Of a stretch of 64,000 bases of DNA, positions 63,446 through 64,000 are shown in pieces. The translations under genes were made by a program, and so were the position numbers. The stretch comes from Puccinia triticina. Taxonomy: Eukaryota. The number at the start of each line of letters is the position of its first letter. Positions within the stretch are counted from its first letter, which is position 1. The stretch lies in assembly GCA_026914245.1 (NCBI GenBank), contig CP110440.1, positions 2,542,001 to 2,606,000 on the forward strand, given 5' to 3'. A model generated the notes under the pieces. That model was not told the DNA's origin. It saw nothing but the letters and a program-made list of their open reading frames with translations, and did not search any database.

Positions 63446-64000
63446 TCAATCAATTGGCTCAAGCCTGCATTGATATATTCTACTTGATAATATTGGGATG
63501 CAGAATTTTCTGCATTTCATATCAAAAAGCTCTGAAAAAGAAATAAAGCTTGTTTCTGTGTTTTTTTGCTGGTATGTAGCTCTGCAAAAGAAATAAAGCT
63601 TGTTTCTATGTTTTTTTGCTGGTATGTTTGAGCCTGAGGGAAAATATTAGCAAATTGGGGAAATATATTTTGTGCAGAAAAAGTGAATTTGGAAATTATT
63701 AGCCTGTTTTGCTACATTTCAACATAAAGTCAACATGATTTATTGATGAGTTTGCATTTAACAAAATCTGATTTCATTGAAATTTTGAAATAGAGTTCCC
63801 CTTAAATCATGAGAAGTTTTTAGAAAACATTGCATTGACTCCTGAATCACTTTCAACAAAATTACCAAAAGCTTGTGATTTGTTTCTGACAAAAATTCAG
63901 AATCATTTCCTAATGTACATCTGACTGACATCCAACCAAAACTCACATGAAATTCAGCTCTGGCACTCTCTGGAGAGTGGGAACATATCTCCCCTGGTGT

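Noticed and set aside
63525..63630. About 50-bp tandem duplication
   Set aside because: Simple local duplication in AT-rich DNA with no further structure.

Overview
Eukaryotic, intron-rich, repeat-dense fungal DNA; gene families and CpG-biased decay suggest a rust fungus (Pucciniales; inference). Two probable host genes, a Rad26/ATRIP-like gene (827-4510) and HIS1 (54611-55873), bracket about 48 kb of mostly mobile DNA. The main result is a complete 20.6-kb CACTA/En-Spm-type DNA transposon (28796-49389; 43-bp TIRs, 3-bp ATA target duplication) inserted inside a TET/JBP-like dioxygenase gene. It carries a Tnp2-type transposase, a SNF2 ATPase, two paralogous 'WRS' proteins, further unknown genes and three identical perfect 38-bp palindromes. 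Also present: a chromodomain Ty3/Gypsy element with CpG-decay stops, a pol-less LTR element splitting an alpha-kinase gene, an IS3EU-like transposase pseudogene, a DIRS-type recombinase relic split by a small CACCAGG element, a foldback element, MITEs and minisatellites. All calls were made by eye from sequence and motif recognition; no searches were run and exon boundaries are approximate.
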